From positions 1 to 37,266 of IMG/VR virus record IMGVR_UViG_3300016666_000029: DNA of 37,266 nucleotides; one strand, 5' to 3'. The translations under genes were made by a program, and so were the position numbers. Below are positions 1 through 6,905 of this stretch, piece by piece (positions within the stretch are counted from its first letter, which is position 1; each line of letters starts with the position of its first letter). Below the pieces are notes generated by a model, which saw nothing but the letters and a program-made list of their open reading frames with translations, did not search any database and was not told where the DNA came from. Source of the stretch: a virus. Taxonomy: Duplodnaviria; Caudoviricetes.

Positions 1-22
1 TCCTGCTCTGGCTGTGCCAAGG
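1..22. repeat. Terminal direct repeat (22 bp, identical to 37245-37266); probable circular assembly overlap
   Basis: tcctgctctggctgtgccaagg is at both ends; a 20-bp copy is also at 37161-37180. Confidence 0.9.
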
Positions 23-131
23 CTTCTTTGGTGGCCTCGACTGCGTCATGTCGTTTCCAAACTAGGTCAGTCGCAACGTGCGCAGACCCCAATAACTCCA
101 GCGCCAGCGTCAATGCTTCTTTATCGGTCAT
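1..131 (-). CDS. 5' part of a hypothetical protein spanning the circular junction (continues at 37244..36908; about 155 aa in total)
   Basis: ATG at 131 overlaps the glutaredoxin stop (ATGA). MTDKEALTLALELLGSAHVATDLVWKRHDAVEATKEALAQPEQ joins in frame to EHFALKHRIAE. Confidence 0.8.
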   Translation of the reverse strand, partial: MTDKEALTLALELLGSAHVATDLVWKRHDAVEATKEALAQPEQ

Positions 132-367
132 GGTTTATCTCCAACCTGTTTCAAAGCAGCCTGTAACCCTGCCAAACCACCTACTCTTTGGTCATTTATG
201 AAGATTTGAGGCAATCCACGCACATTTGGATAAGCAAACTCAAATGCTTTACGGACTGAAGCATCGTCCATGTCTTGCTCAATAAACCTTAAACCCTGAG
301 ATTTAAGAATTAGTTTTGCAGTTACGCAATTAGGACAACCCTTTTTTGTGTATAAAAAGATGTTCAT
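128..367 (-). CDS. Glutaredoxin / NrdH-like redoxin
   Basis: IFLYTKKGCPNC active site and LPQIFIND..VGG; start reassigned to the ATG at 367. Confidence 0.88.
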   Translation of the reverse strand: MNIFLYTKKGCPNCVTAKLILKSQGLRFIEQDMDDASVRKAFEFAYPNVRGLPQIFINDQRVGGLAGLQAALKQVGDKP

Positions 368-444
368 ATTGAAGTCCAGACATAAAAAACCCATGACCAA
401 AAGGCCATGAGTCCTAAAAGTATCAATTTCCACTCAAAACTCAT
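364..444 (-). CDS. 26-aa hydrophobic peptide (not in the ORF track)
   Basis: [26 protein letters not shown]; ATGA overlaps with both neighbours. Confidence 0.6.
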   Translation of the reverse strand: MSFEWKLILLGLMAFWSWVFYVWTSI

Positions 445-674
445 ACAGATTCTTGCTTGTAGTTGAGTTTGTGGTGCTGAAAACGCATGGCTGCTTCCAT
501 TTCTAGCTCTTTGAACTGCTCATCAGCCAATAAACCGATGACATCTCGTCCTTCAAACCAGATTTCTTTGATGTTTTCGTTATAAGTAGAGTCCTCATCT
601 TGCTCATACTCATAAACGACTGTAACGATCTCGCTACCAGCGCCTGTTGTTGTATCAAATTCCCATGTTGACAT
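441..674 (-). CDS. Hypothetical acidic phage protein
   Basis: 77-aa ORF with GGGAG RBS and its own upstream promoter-like region. Confidence 0.75.
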   Translation of the reverse strand: MSTWEFDTTTGAGSEIVTVVYEYEQDEDSTYNENIKEIWFEGRDVIGLLADEQFKELEMEAAMRFQHHKLNYKQESV

Positions 675-727
675 ATATTTACTCCCGTTAAAAACTGTTA
701 ATTTACGCTTGTTTTTTTCTTTTTGAA

Positions 728-742
728 TAGGGACTTACCCTT
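728..742. promoter_or_regulatory. Palindromic operator-like motif, copy 1 (TAGGGACTTACCCTT)
   Basis: Fits WAGGG-N5-CCCTW; lies 22 nt upstream of a TAAATT -10-like hexamer on the minus strand. Confidence 0.6.
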
Positions 743-1169
743 ACTCAAGACACTCTTTGACGCAAATATCCACACCAGGGTTTGAGCAATAAACCTTTGT
801 TACATGGATGTTCACAATCTGAGAATCATCTCTGTAAACCACTCCATTCATCCCATCTTCTACGGATTTCAAAATATTTGATGCATCTGGCTTCTTAATT
901 GGCTTCTCAGAGCCATTATTTATGGCCTCTAAGCGTTTTTTTGTGCATGACTTAGGGATAGGTACTCTGATATACAAATAAAGCGATACAGGCGTTTCTA
1001 GTGGCTCGGAACTTCCAATCGCTTGTTTGGCAGCTTCTTTGATTAGGGCTTCATATGTTCTTGTTTTCTCTGGGGTATAGGCTTGGACAAAGTTGCCACG
1101 CTTTGCATATCTAGCCCTTTGTTTGCCAACAGGATTAGCGTCTACTTTGAAATTAACCATGAAAGTCAT
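741..1169 (-). CDS. rusA: RusA-family Holliday junction resolvase
   Basis: P.GKQRAR, KKPDASNILKSVEDGMNGVVYRDDSQIV catalytic motif; ATGA coupling to the methylase stop. Confidence 0.88.
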   Translation of the reverse strand: MTFMVNFKVDANPVGKQRARYAKRGNFVQAYTPEKTRTYEALIKEAAKQAIGSSEPLETPVSLYLYIRVPIPKSCTKKRLEAINNGSEKPIKKPDASNILKSVEDGMNGVVYRDDSQIVNIHVTKVYCSNPGVDICVKECLE

Positions 1170-2023
1170 TTCAAGATTCTCCATGCTGTTGCAGCACATA
1201 ATGGGACTTGTCCATTACCAATGGCTTTAAGTCTGTCCACCCTAGCGGCCACCCCATTAGCCACTCGACCCATGTTGGGTTCAGTTGACCACCATTGCCT
1301 GCTCCCATTAGACGAGCCTCTTCCACTGTTGTGTTTTTGTTCAACAAATCCCAACTCCCACTCCCGCCACACATCCCCTTTGTTCTTGGTGTCGGCCAAG
1401 TAAGAACTGCTGTGCTTAGACTCGTTTGAGTGCCTTTCTTGCCTTCTCTGCGAATCTGTAGACCTTGCCTGGCCTCGCTGTGAACTGGTGTAGGCCAATT
1501 CCCCAACGATCCACATCCTATCTCTTTGGTGTGGGGCATTAACATCGGCTGCTCCCATAACAGTCCATTTACAGTCATACCCCATTTTGGTAAGGTCTCC
1601 AACGACTCTTGTTCCTCCTCGAGTAGTGAGCATTGGGGAATTTTCCACGAAGACGAAATGTGGTCGTACTTCGCTAACCACCCTCGCCATTTCGTGCCAC
1701 ATTCCAGATCGTTCTCCATCAAGTCCATCGCCTTTTCCGGCAGCTGAGATGTCTTGGCATGGAAACCCTCCCGATACGACATCAACAATTCCTCTCCAAG
1801 GCTTTCCGTCAAAGGTTTGTACATCATCCCAAATCGGGAAAGGCGGGAGAAGTCCGTCATTTTGTCTGGCGCACAGTACGCTAGCTGGGTAGGGTTCCCA
1901 CTCGACTGCACAGACTGTTCTCCATCCAAGCAAGTGTCCACCAAGGATTCCACCGCCTGCTCCTGCGAAGAGAGCGAGTTCATTAAGGCTTTGCTGATTA
2001 ACCAAGTCATTCAATTGTTCCAT
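1166..2023 (-). CDS. DNA (cytosine-5)-methyltransferase, catalytic (alpha-like) chain
   Basis: Motif I LFAGAGG, IV GGFPCQDIS, VI FVENS, VIII PHQRDRMWIVG, X RLKAIGNGQVP; no clear motif IX; exact start uncertain. Confidence 0.92.
   Translation of the reverse strand: MEQLNDLVNQQSLNELALFAGAGGGILGGHLLGWRTVCAVEWEPYPASVLCARQNDGLLPPFPIWDDVQTFDGKPWRGIVDVVSGGFPCQDISAAGKGDGLDGERSGMWHEMARVVSEVRPHFVFVENSPMLTTRGGTRVVGDLTKMGYDCKWTVMGAADVNAPHQRDRMWIVGELAYTSSQRGQARSTDSQRRQERHSNESKHSSSYLADTKNKGDVWREWELGFVEQKHNSGRGSSNGSRQWWSTEPNMGRVANGVAARVDRLKAIGNGQVPLCAATAWRILK
1171..2010 (-). CDS. Overlapping-frame partner (beta-like) chain of the C5-methyltransferase
   Basis: 279-aa open alternative frame; ATGA-coupled to the upstream gene's stop; WPTP repeats and motif-IX-like GQLNPTWVEWLMGWPLGWT. 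Confidence 0.72.
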   Translation of the reverse strand: MTWLISKALMNSLSSQEQAVESLVDTCLDGEQSVQSSGNPTQLAYCAPDKMTDFSRLSRFGMMYKPLTESLGEELLMSYREGFHAKTSQLPEKAMDLMENDLECGTKWRGWLAKYDHISSSWKIPQCSLLEEEQESLETLPKWGMTVNGLLWEQPMLMPHTKEIGCGSLGNWPTPVHSEARQGLQIRREGKKGTQTSLSTAVLTWPTPRTKGMCGGSGSWDLLNKNTTVEEARLMGAGNGGQLNPTWVEWLMGWPLGWTDLKPLVMDKSHYVLQQHGES

Positions 2024-2219
2024 TTTTCATTAAACTCATGTAATTTCGAACTCTATCTCTAGCACCAGTCCCATAGATTCGTTCACACCTCTCTAGCCTG
2101 GCACGAACAAAGTCGTTATCTCTGGTTGTCTGCCAAGAGCGGAATATTTCCCTTGCTTCGGCTTTCTCCAGAACTACTCTGTCGCTTTCATTGGATATGT
2201 TTTTGCGTGAATACGCCAT
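2007..2219 (-). CDS. Hypothetical protein
   Basis: 70-aa ORF in a tightly packed operon. Confidence 0.7.
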   Translation of the reverse strand: MAYSRKNISNESDRVVLEKAEAREIFRSWQTTRDNDFVRARLERCERIYGTGARDRVRNYMSLMKNGTIE

Positions 2220-2233
2220 AGGTGTTTACTCTA
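2219..2233. promoter_or_regulatory. Degenerate operator-like motif, copy 2 (TAGGTGTTTACTCTA)
   Basis: Resembles TAGGG-N5-CCCTA with 2 mismatches; at a gene junction. Confidence 0.35.
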
Positions 2234-2333
2234 GGTCACCAGTAAGTTCTAAAGCCTTGTTTATCAGATAAAGCGGAACATTCTTTCCATCTTTTACCTT
2301 GTCTAACAGTTGGTGTGCTTCAAAGTAGTTCAT
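2226..2333 (-). CDS. 35-aa hypothetical protein (not in the ORF track)
   Basis: MNYFEAHQLLDKVKDGKNVPLYLINKALELTGDLE fills the gap between neighbouring genes. Confidence 0.6.
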   Translation of the reverse strand: MNYFEAHQLLDKVKDGKNVPLYLINKALELTGDLE

Positions 2334-2802
2334 GCTTAAATTTCTTTTCTAAGAAATAAGACCAAATTGCACCACCAGAAACTTTGGCGATAAATTGAAG
2401 TGCTACGATTTCAGGCATCAAAACGCCAAATGCTATGGTTGGGAACAACAAAGAATCCACGGCAGCACCAGCAGTATTCGAGATGTTTGCTCGTTTAATC
2501 CATGATCCAGTTGTTTTTACAAATACTGCCCAATCAACTAAAGCGGCAACTAAGAATGACACGGCAGAAGCTACTGCAATCATGCCCGCAGCAGGGTTTA
2601 ACAAGTAAGTTAAAGCCCCTGTGCCAATAATCAGACCGCCCATTTGCCATATTTTAAGGCGTACATGAAGCCAGTCCCTAAGTGTCAGGTCTAGTCCAAT
2701 AAATAAAAATGCGTTGATTGGGCTGATTGCAGGGCCAAATGTAGCCACCAAAAGGTTTGCCAAGGTCATTGCCACGGCATAAATCATTAAAGCAAAAATC
2801 AT
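2320..2802 (-). CDS. VUT-family (YhhQ/DUF165-like) membrane transporter, putative queuosine-precursor uptake
   Basis: Multi-TM protein with AN..V, IGLDLTLRDWLH, R...SN..GAAVDSLLF..IAFG and Q...KV motifs; ATGA-coupled start at 2802. Confidence 0.75.
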   Translation of the reverse strand: MIFALMIYAVAMTLANLLVATFGPAISPINAFLFIGLDLTLRDWLHVRLKIWQMGGLIIGTGALTYLLNPAAGMIAVASAVSFLVAALVDWAVFVKTTGSWIKRANISNTAGAAVDSLLFPTIAFGVLMPEIVALQFIAKVSGGAIWSYFLEKKFKHELL

Positions 2803-3539
2803 AAAAGTGTTTCCTGTTCCATTGGTTGATAAAAATTCCATTGAGAAGGAGCATTGAATGCCTCGATCCTAGAACGCATGATTTGCGCCCTTGCTTCCTT
2901 TGTAGGCGGCAAATAATTACCATGCTTCCAATGCACATCAATGCCTACATTCCTGCCAATATTGGTGCTGTCGGCTGATGAAAATGGAAGTTTGGTAAAT
3001 ATTGCAGGGTCTAGCATCCTCAAACCATGCAGTTTGCAAGCAGGTCTTCCCATGTCATCACAAATAACCCGCATTGCCTGGCTCATCTTGACCCACCAAA
3101 GAGATGTTCCAACTGTGGAGAACTCGCCAGAACTTCCAATACAAACCCGAACATAGGTGTTTGCCAGTTGTTCTAGTCTTTCAAGGGACTCGTGCATATG
3201 CCAAACTGGTGCGCCAAACCATGTCGGAAGTGGGCAGTCTTTCAACAAAGCATCATTGTCTGCCTCATTCCCATCGATTACATCAGGAATCACGGCAAAG
3301 TCGCAAGAAGGTACTTTTTTCAGGTCTAGTGACCAGTCATAGAAAGGCTGCCAGTCTGTAATTGGCTTGCCTTGCTTCCAAGCAGAGAATGCTCCATTGT
3401 CTATTGCGAATGACTGGCAAACCTCTATGGCTGATGCAAGTTGGTCAGAGTGAGCAAATGATACAAAAGCATGACCACCCTCTATTGCCTTAACAGCTAC
3501 TGTGGCAGGAGTTATTGGTAAACCATGATAGTGGATCAA
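2799..3539 (-). CDS. TGT-fold (DpdA-like) putative DNA base-exchange transglycosylase
   Basis: IDNGAFS, IPDVI, PVWH, CIGSS, LHGL and SADS occur in the order of TGT barrel motifs; no Zn-binding C-terminal module. Confidence 0.6.
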   Translation of the reverse strand: MIHYHGLPITPATVAVKAIEGGHAFVSFAHSDQLASAIEVCQSFAIDNGAFSAWKQGKPITDWQPFYDWSLDLKKVPSCDFAVIPDVIDGNEADNDALLKDCPLPTWFGAPVWHMHESLERLEQLANTYVRVCIGSSGEFSTVGTSLWWVKMSQAMRVICDDMGRPACKLHGLRMLDPAIFTKLPFSSADSTNIGRNVGIDVHWKHGNYLPPTKEARAQIMRSRIEAFNAPSQWNFYQPMEQETLL

Positions 3540-4300
3540 GATTTACTCCTTAATTGAGCCATTGCCTGTCTGATATGGTCTGGCATTGGCGTTGCTTTTT
3601 TGGCATCTTCAATAATCTTGGTTAAAGCGGGGTCTGGTTCATTTGAAGGTGGAACTGTAGTCCTGATGTTGTCGGCAGGATTTCCTTTGATCTCAAAAAC
3701 ATCTTGCCAACCAGAAGTGATTGATTTCTCCAAGACTAACTTAATGTCCTGACCATTGGTTCTAAACCGACTTAATTTGTCAATTAGAAGTTTGATGGCG
3801 TAGTCAGTTGGCGGCTTCTTGATGCGCTTTCTCATTTCCAAGAATTGCTCCCAAGTTTCCTTTGGAATCCAATCTGGCAAAACAAAGGCAACGCTAGTTG
3901 CTTTCTCTTTTATTTGGTTATTGGTTATTGGTTTATGGTTATTGGTTGCTATTGGGGTAGCATTAGGGGGGCTATTAGCCTCCCCATTGGGTGGTGTTCC
4001 CCACCTCTTGGCCGCCCCTCGTTTACCCGCTGCTGAAAACTCTTTGTATTGTGCAATTTGCTTGTCAGCTCTAGGGTTTACAAAGCCATCTGGAGTTGAG
4101 AGAAAGAACTCATTGAGTACTGTTAAAACATCTTCCTCATGGTCACGCATTCCGATCTGACGAGCAACATCTCGGTGTTTGATAGGTTGTTCGTGTAAGA
4201 AATAAAAGTCAAGCAAGCGCCTGTACGCCAAGTCTTCGTAGTGCGAAAGATGGCGTGTGTGACTCATGTAGTCACCAATGTGAAACTGGTAATAATGCAT
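3536..4300 (-). CDS. YdaU/DUF1376-family replication initiator
   Basis: MHYYQFHIGDY..HT.HLS..ED.AYRRLLD.Y N-terminus; AGKRGAAKRW linker; LPDWIP...W..F...RK C-terminal domain. Confidence 0.85.
   Translation of the reverse strand: MHYYQFHIGDYMSHTRHLSHYEDLAYRRLLDFYFLHEQPIKHRDVARQIGMRDHEEDVLTVLNEFFLSTPDGFVNPRADKQIAQYKEFSAAGKRGAAKRWGTPPNGEANSPPNATPIATNNHKPITNNQIKEKATSVAFVLPDWIPKETWEQFLEMRKRIKKPPTDYAIKLLIDKLSRFRTNGQDIKLVLEKSITSGWQDVFEIKGNPADNIRTTVPPSNEPDPALTKIIEDAKKATPMPDHIRQAMAQLRSKS
3905..3990. other. Candidate replication origin (short repeats inside the initiator gene)
   Basis: Tandem TTATTGG/TTGGTTA units at about 3911-3955, next to an AT-rich tract, as in lambdoid origins inside the initiator gene. 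Confidence 0.4.
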
Positions 4301-4328
4301 TTTCAGACCCAAACATCGACCCTAAGAA

Positions 4329-4395
4329 GAAACTGCGGCAGGAGGGGTCTGTTCTCTTTTCGTATCGGGTAATTAGTCCGAACTAGCCGTGTTTC
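4329..4395 (-). ncRNA. C4-like structured antisense/leader RNA
   Basis: GAAAC-A-CGGC...GCCG-CA-GUUUC closing stem, two inner hairpins and GCUAG/GAAAAG/CUGCC landmarks; loop CAGACCC is complementary to GGGUCUG just before the initiator ATG. Confidence 0.62.
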
Positions 4396-4400
4396 AAACA

Positions 4401-4429
4401 ATTGTAAACTTAAAAAAGCCTACTGTAAA
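4401..4429 (-). promoter_or_regulatory. Sigma70 promoter TTTACA-17-TACAAT
   Basis: Near-consensus hexamers with a 17-nt spacer; predicted +1 near 4395, at the base of the structured RNA. Confidence 0.72.
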
Positions 4430-4430
4430 C

Positions 4431-4772
4431 TTAAATATTTTGGTGATTTGTGATGTCTTTTGAAAAATCGTGTCTTTTGTACAACTTGTTCAGTTGAGCT
4501 TTCATGGCTCTGTATTCAGCAGGGGTAAAGATTCCTTGAGTCTGGATTCCATTGAAAACAGTCTGACTAGGCTTTGGTACATCCTCTTCCAAGGTGTATT
4601 GGTTAATCCAGAATTTCCCAGATTTCACCAGTTTGGCAGTCAATTTACCCTGATTGCGTAGTTTCTTGGTTGTTGAGATAACTGTTGCCTGGCTCATTCC
4701 TGTGATCTCTGCCAGTTCGTGCGAGGTTAAAGGGCCGTTTTGTAGTGCATCAATGATAGCGGCTTGTGTCAT
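4431..4772 (-). CDS. Winged helix-turn-helix DNA-binding protein
   Basis: IIDALQNGPLTSHELAEITGMSQATVISTTKKLRNQGKL. Confidence 0.8.
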   Translation of the reverse strand: MTQAAIIDALQNGPLTSHELAEITGMSQATVISTTKKLRNQGKLTAKLVKSGKFWINQYTLEEDVPKPSQTVFNGIQTQGIFTPAEYRAMKAQLNKLYKRHDFSKDITNHQNI

Positions 4773-4948
4773 TGGTACATTTCCTGAATGTTGATAGGTC
4801 GGTTAAGGTGGTTTTCGAGCGTTCTACAGAGCAAAGCCACAATAGCAGCATTGAAGTCCTCTGGATCGTCTACATAAGCATTAGCCATTGTGATTGCGTA
4901 ATCAAGCAATGTCTCAGCGCATTTTTGTTCAATTTGTTCAATGTTCAT
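4769..4948 (-). CDS. 59-aa hypothetical protein (not in the ORF track)
   Basis: MNIEQIEQKCAETLLDYAITMANAYVDD...; ATGA-coupled to the HTH gene. Confidence 0.65.
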   Translation of the reverse strand: MNIEQIEQKCAETLLDYAITMANAYVDDPEDFNAAIVALLCRTLENHLNRPINIQEMYQ

Positions 4949-5001
4949 GATTTTACAAAAGTTAAGATGAATAGCCTAACATGGGAAAAATTACAGTCTA
5001 T

Positions 5002-5016
5002 TAGGGTTTATCCCTA
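5002..5016. promoter_or_regulatory. Palindromic operator TAGGGTTTATCCCTA in the divergent control region
   Basis: Perfect 5-5-5 inverted repeat between divergent operons; TG-extended -10-like hexamers lie 23 nt away on both sides. Confidence 0.68.
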
Positions 5017-5086
5017 TTAAATAGTCTTAAAAAGTGTGGCACATTATTCATGTGGACAACAAATAAGCCACATTTAATAGGAGTTA

Positions 5087-5290
5087 ATGATGCCGATTCT
5101 TAATGGAAAAAAGGTTGTAGACCTAGAAGTAGATGGTGTAGACAGCAGGGATTACCCAGATTTCTCTGATGCCTACTTTTCATTTGGATGCTATGAAGAT
5201 GGGACACCATTGTCAGAAGATGAGTTAAACAGACTCACCGTACTGGCAAGCGATGTTCTGTGGGAAATGGCTTATGAAAGTTTGCACTAA
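5087..5290 (+). CDS. Hypothetical acidic phage protein
   Basis: Strong RBS (TAGGAG); DGVD.RDYPDFSDAY motif. Confidence 0.8.
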   Translation: MMPILNGKKVVDLEVDGVDSRDYPDFSDAYFSFGCYEDGTPLSEDELNRLTVLASDVLWEMAYESLH

Positions 5291-5472
5291 TGAAAACACT
5301 ATTTCAGATTTACGCAGAAGAGTTTGCACACATTCAATACTGTTGCTATTGCATGGAAACAAAAGGTGACAGATTGACTTGTTGTGATGAAGCAGATTGG
5401 ATCGAGTTTAAAGACTTAGACATCGAAGACCAAAGAGCAATCATTGATGAAGAGTTAAACGATAATTTTTAA
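5290..5472 (+). CDS. Small Cys-rich hypothetical protein
   Basis: YCCYC...CC; TAATG coupling. Confidence 0.7.
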   Translation: MKTLFQIYAEEFAHIQYCCYCMETKGDRLTCCDEADWIEFKDLDIEDQRAIIDEELNDNF

Positions 5473-5482
5473 GGAGTTAATA

Positions 5483-6085
5483 ATGGGTGTTCATAAGAAG
5501 TTAATGCAAGCAAGAATCCTCTTGCAAAACGCACCACTTAAGAAGTCTGGTCACAACAAGTTTGCTGGCTATTCTTACTTTGAACTTGGTGATTTCATTC
5601 CAACAATCAATCAGATATTCACAGATGTAGGTCTTTGTGGTGTCGTATCTTACGACTCTGACATTGCAAGTCTGACAATTACCGACATTGACGATGGAAC
5701 AAACATCATCATTACCTCACCAATGGCAGAAGCCAACCTCAAGGGCTGCCATCCCATCCAGAATCTTGGTGCGGTAGAGACATATACCAGGCGCTATCTT
5801 TGGGTGACAGCAATGGAGATTGTTGAGCATGATGCTCTTGATTCTTCTGCTCCACTCAAAGAAGAGAAAGTAGTTATTAGCCCAACACAAGGCATTGCAG
5901 ACACACTACCACCAGAAGAGATGGAGTATCTGCGAGAGTTGGCTATGGAGATCATGTCTCTTGATGGTAAACAAGGACTTGAGAAGATGGAATCAGAGAA
6001 CCTAGAAGCTGACCAAAAGGTTGCTTTATGGGGACTGTTGCCAAGCAAAGTAAGAAGTGCAATTAAGAAAGCAAAGGAAGTTTGA
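5483..6085 (+). CDS. erf: ERF-family ssDNA-annealing recombinase
   Basis: KKSGHNKFAGYSYFELGDF and Q.LGA..TY.RRYL.......VEHD motifs. Confidence 0.85.
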   Translation: MGVHKKLMQARILLQNAPLKKSGHNKFAGYSYFELGDFIPTINQIFTDVGLCGVVSYDSDIASLTITDIDDGTNIIITSPMAEANLKGCHPIQNLGAVETYTRRYLWVTAMEIVEHDALDSSAPLKEEKVVISPTQGIADTLPPEEMEYLRELAMEIMSLDGKQGLEKMESENLEADQKVALWGLLPSKVRSAIKKAKEV

Positions 6086-6086
6086 T

Positions 6087-6326
6087 ATGGAAAAGCGAGA
6101 TAACTCGGGCGTACTTTTTAAAGCTGATAAAACAGATAATGAACGAGCGCCACAGTACAAAGGTAGCATCACTGTTGATGGAAAAGATTATTGGATATCA
6201 GCATGGATTAAAGATGGTAAGAGTGGAAAGTTCATGGGTTTAGCAGTAGCACCAAAAGAGCAACAAGCAAAAGCCTCTGAGCGTTCTAGAGCAACAAACT
6301 TCGATGACGAAGACCTGCCTTTCTGA
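6087..6326 (+). CDS. Small SSB-like / DUF736-like ssDNA-binding protein
   Basis: NSGVLFK...P.YKG.I.V.G..YWISAW and an acidic DDEDLPF C-terminal tip; adjacent to ERF. Confidence 0.72.
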   Translation: MEKRDNSGVLFKADKTDNERAPQYKGSITVDGKDYWISAWIKDGKSGKFMGLAVAPKEQQAKASERSRATNFDDEDLPF

Positions 6327-6333
6327 TGGTTTA

Positions 6334-6378
6334 TGGGGGAAAGTGGGCAATAAGTGCCGGACGAACATGAGTACCCCA
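6334..6378 (+). ncRNA. Candidate structured RNA element with a loop-E-like motif
   Basis: TGGGG/CCCCA stem, GAA opposite AGUA, inner GGCA-ATAAG-TGCC hairpin; intergenic. Confidence 0.4.
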
Positions 6379-6399
6379 CCTTTTTAATAGGAGTCAATA

Positions 6400-6729
6400 A
6401 TGAGTTTAGATAAAATATGGTTTGGTGGCGCAGTAGAGAAATTCTTTGGTTCTCCACCATTCAAATTGGTCAGAAAAAACGACCCTACAACGAGCCATGA
6501 AGCAGCTCAAGTGGTAGACACCCAAAAGCTAGAACAAATCGTCTATGAGGCGATTAAAGGCTTTCCAGATGGATGCATTTCAGATGAAGTGCTAGAGAAG
6601 TTCCCGCAGTACCCATATTCCTCAATAACTGCCCGATACAAGGCTCTGTTAGACAAAGGATTCATTGAAATTACAGGCACTCGCCTTGGTCGTTCTGGCA
6701 AAAAACAAAGGGTTATGAAATGCAAATAA
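6400..6729 (+). CDS. Putative winged-helix DNA-binding protein
   Basis: DPTTSHEAA lead-in, SSITARYKALLDKGFIE..G.R.GRSGK.QRV wing; TAGGAG RBS. Confidence 0.7.
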   Translation: MSLDKIWFGGAVEKFFGSPPFKLVRKNDPTTSHEAAQVVDTQKLEQIVYEAIKGFPDGCISDEVLEKFPQYPYSSITARYKALLDKGFIEITGTRLGRSGKKQRVMKCK

Positions 6730-6905
6730 CACTACCACCTCATTCAAAGATTAGTTACCCATCTGTCTCCAACAAAGACTTTAAATGGGAATCTGGTTCT
6801 GATGTCCAAGCACTATGGAGAAAGCATGGCTGGACTCCACCATCCGAGAGAATGATTCCACCACCACCAGAGAAGTTTCAAGAACCTTTAAGGAGAACAA
6901 GATGA
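6720..6905 (+). CDS. Hypothetical protein
   Basis: DVQALWRKHGWTPPSE; ATGA-coupled to MazG. Confidence 0.65.
   Translation: MQITLPPHSKISYPSVSNKDFKWESGSDVQALWRKHGWTPPSERMIPPPPEKFQEPLRRTR

Noticed and set aside
1083-2062. Plus-strand ORFs 1083..1403, 1526..1747, 1587..1892 and 1754..2062
   Set aside because: Antisense shadows of the methyltransferase and rusA genes, with no RBS or motifs.
4329-4395. Cloverleaf-like element considered as a tRNA
   Set aside because: Only two inner arms, no correctly placed T-loop and no CCA end; it fits a C4-like RNA better.
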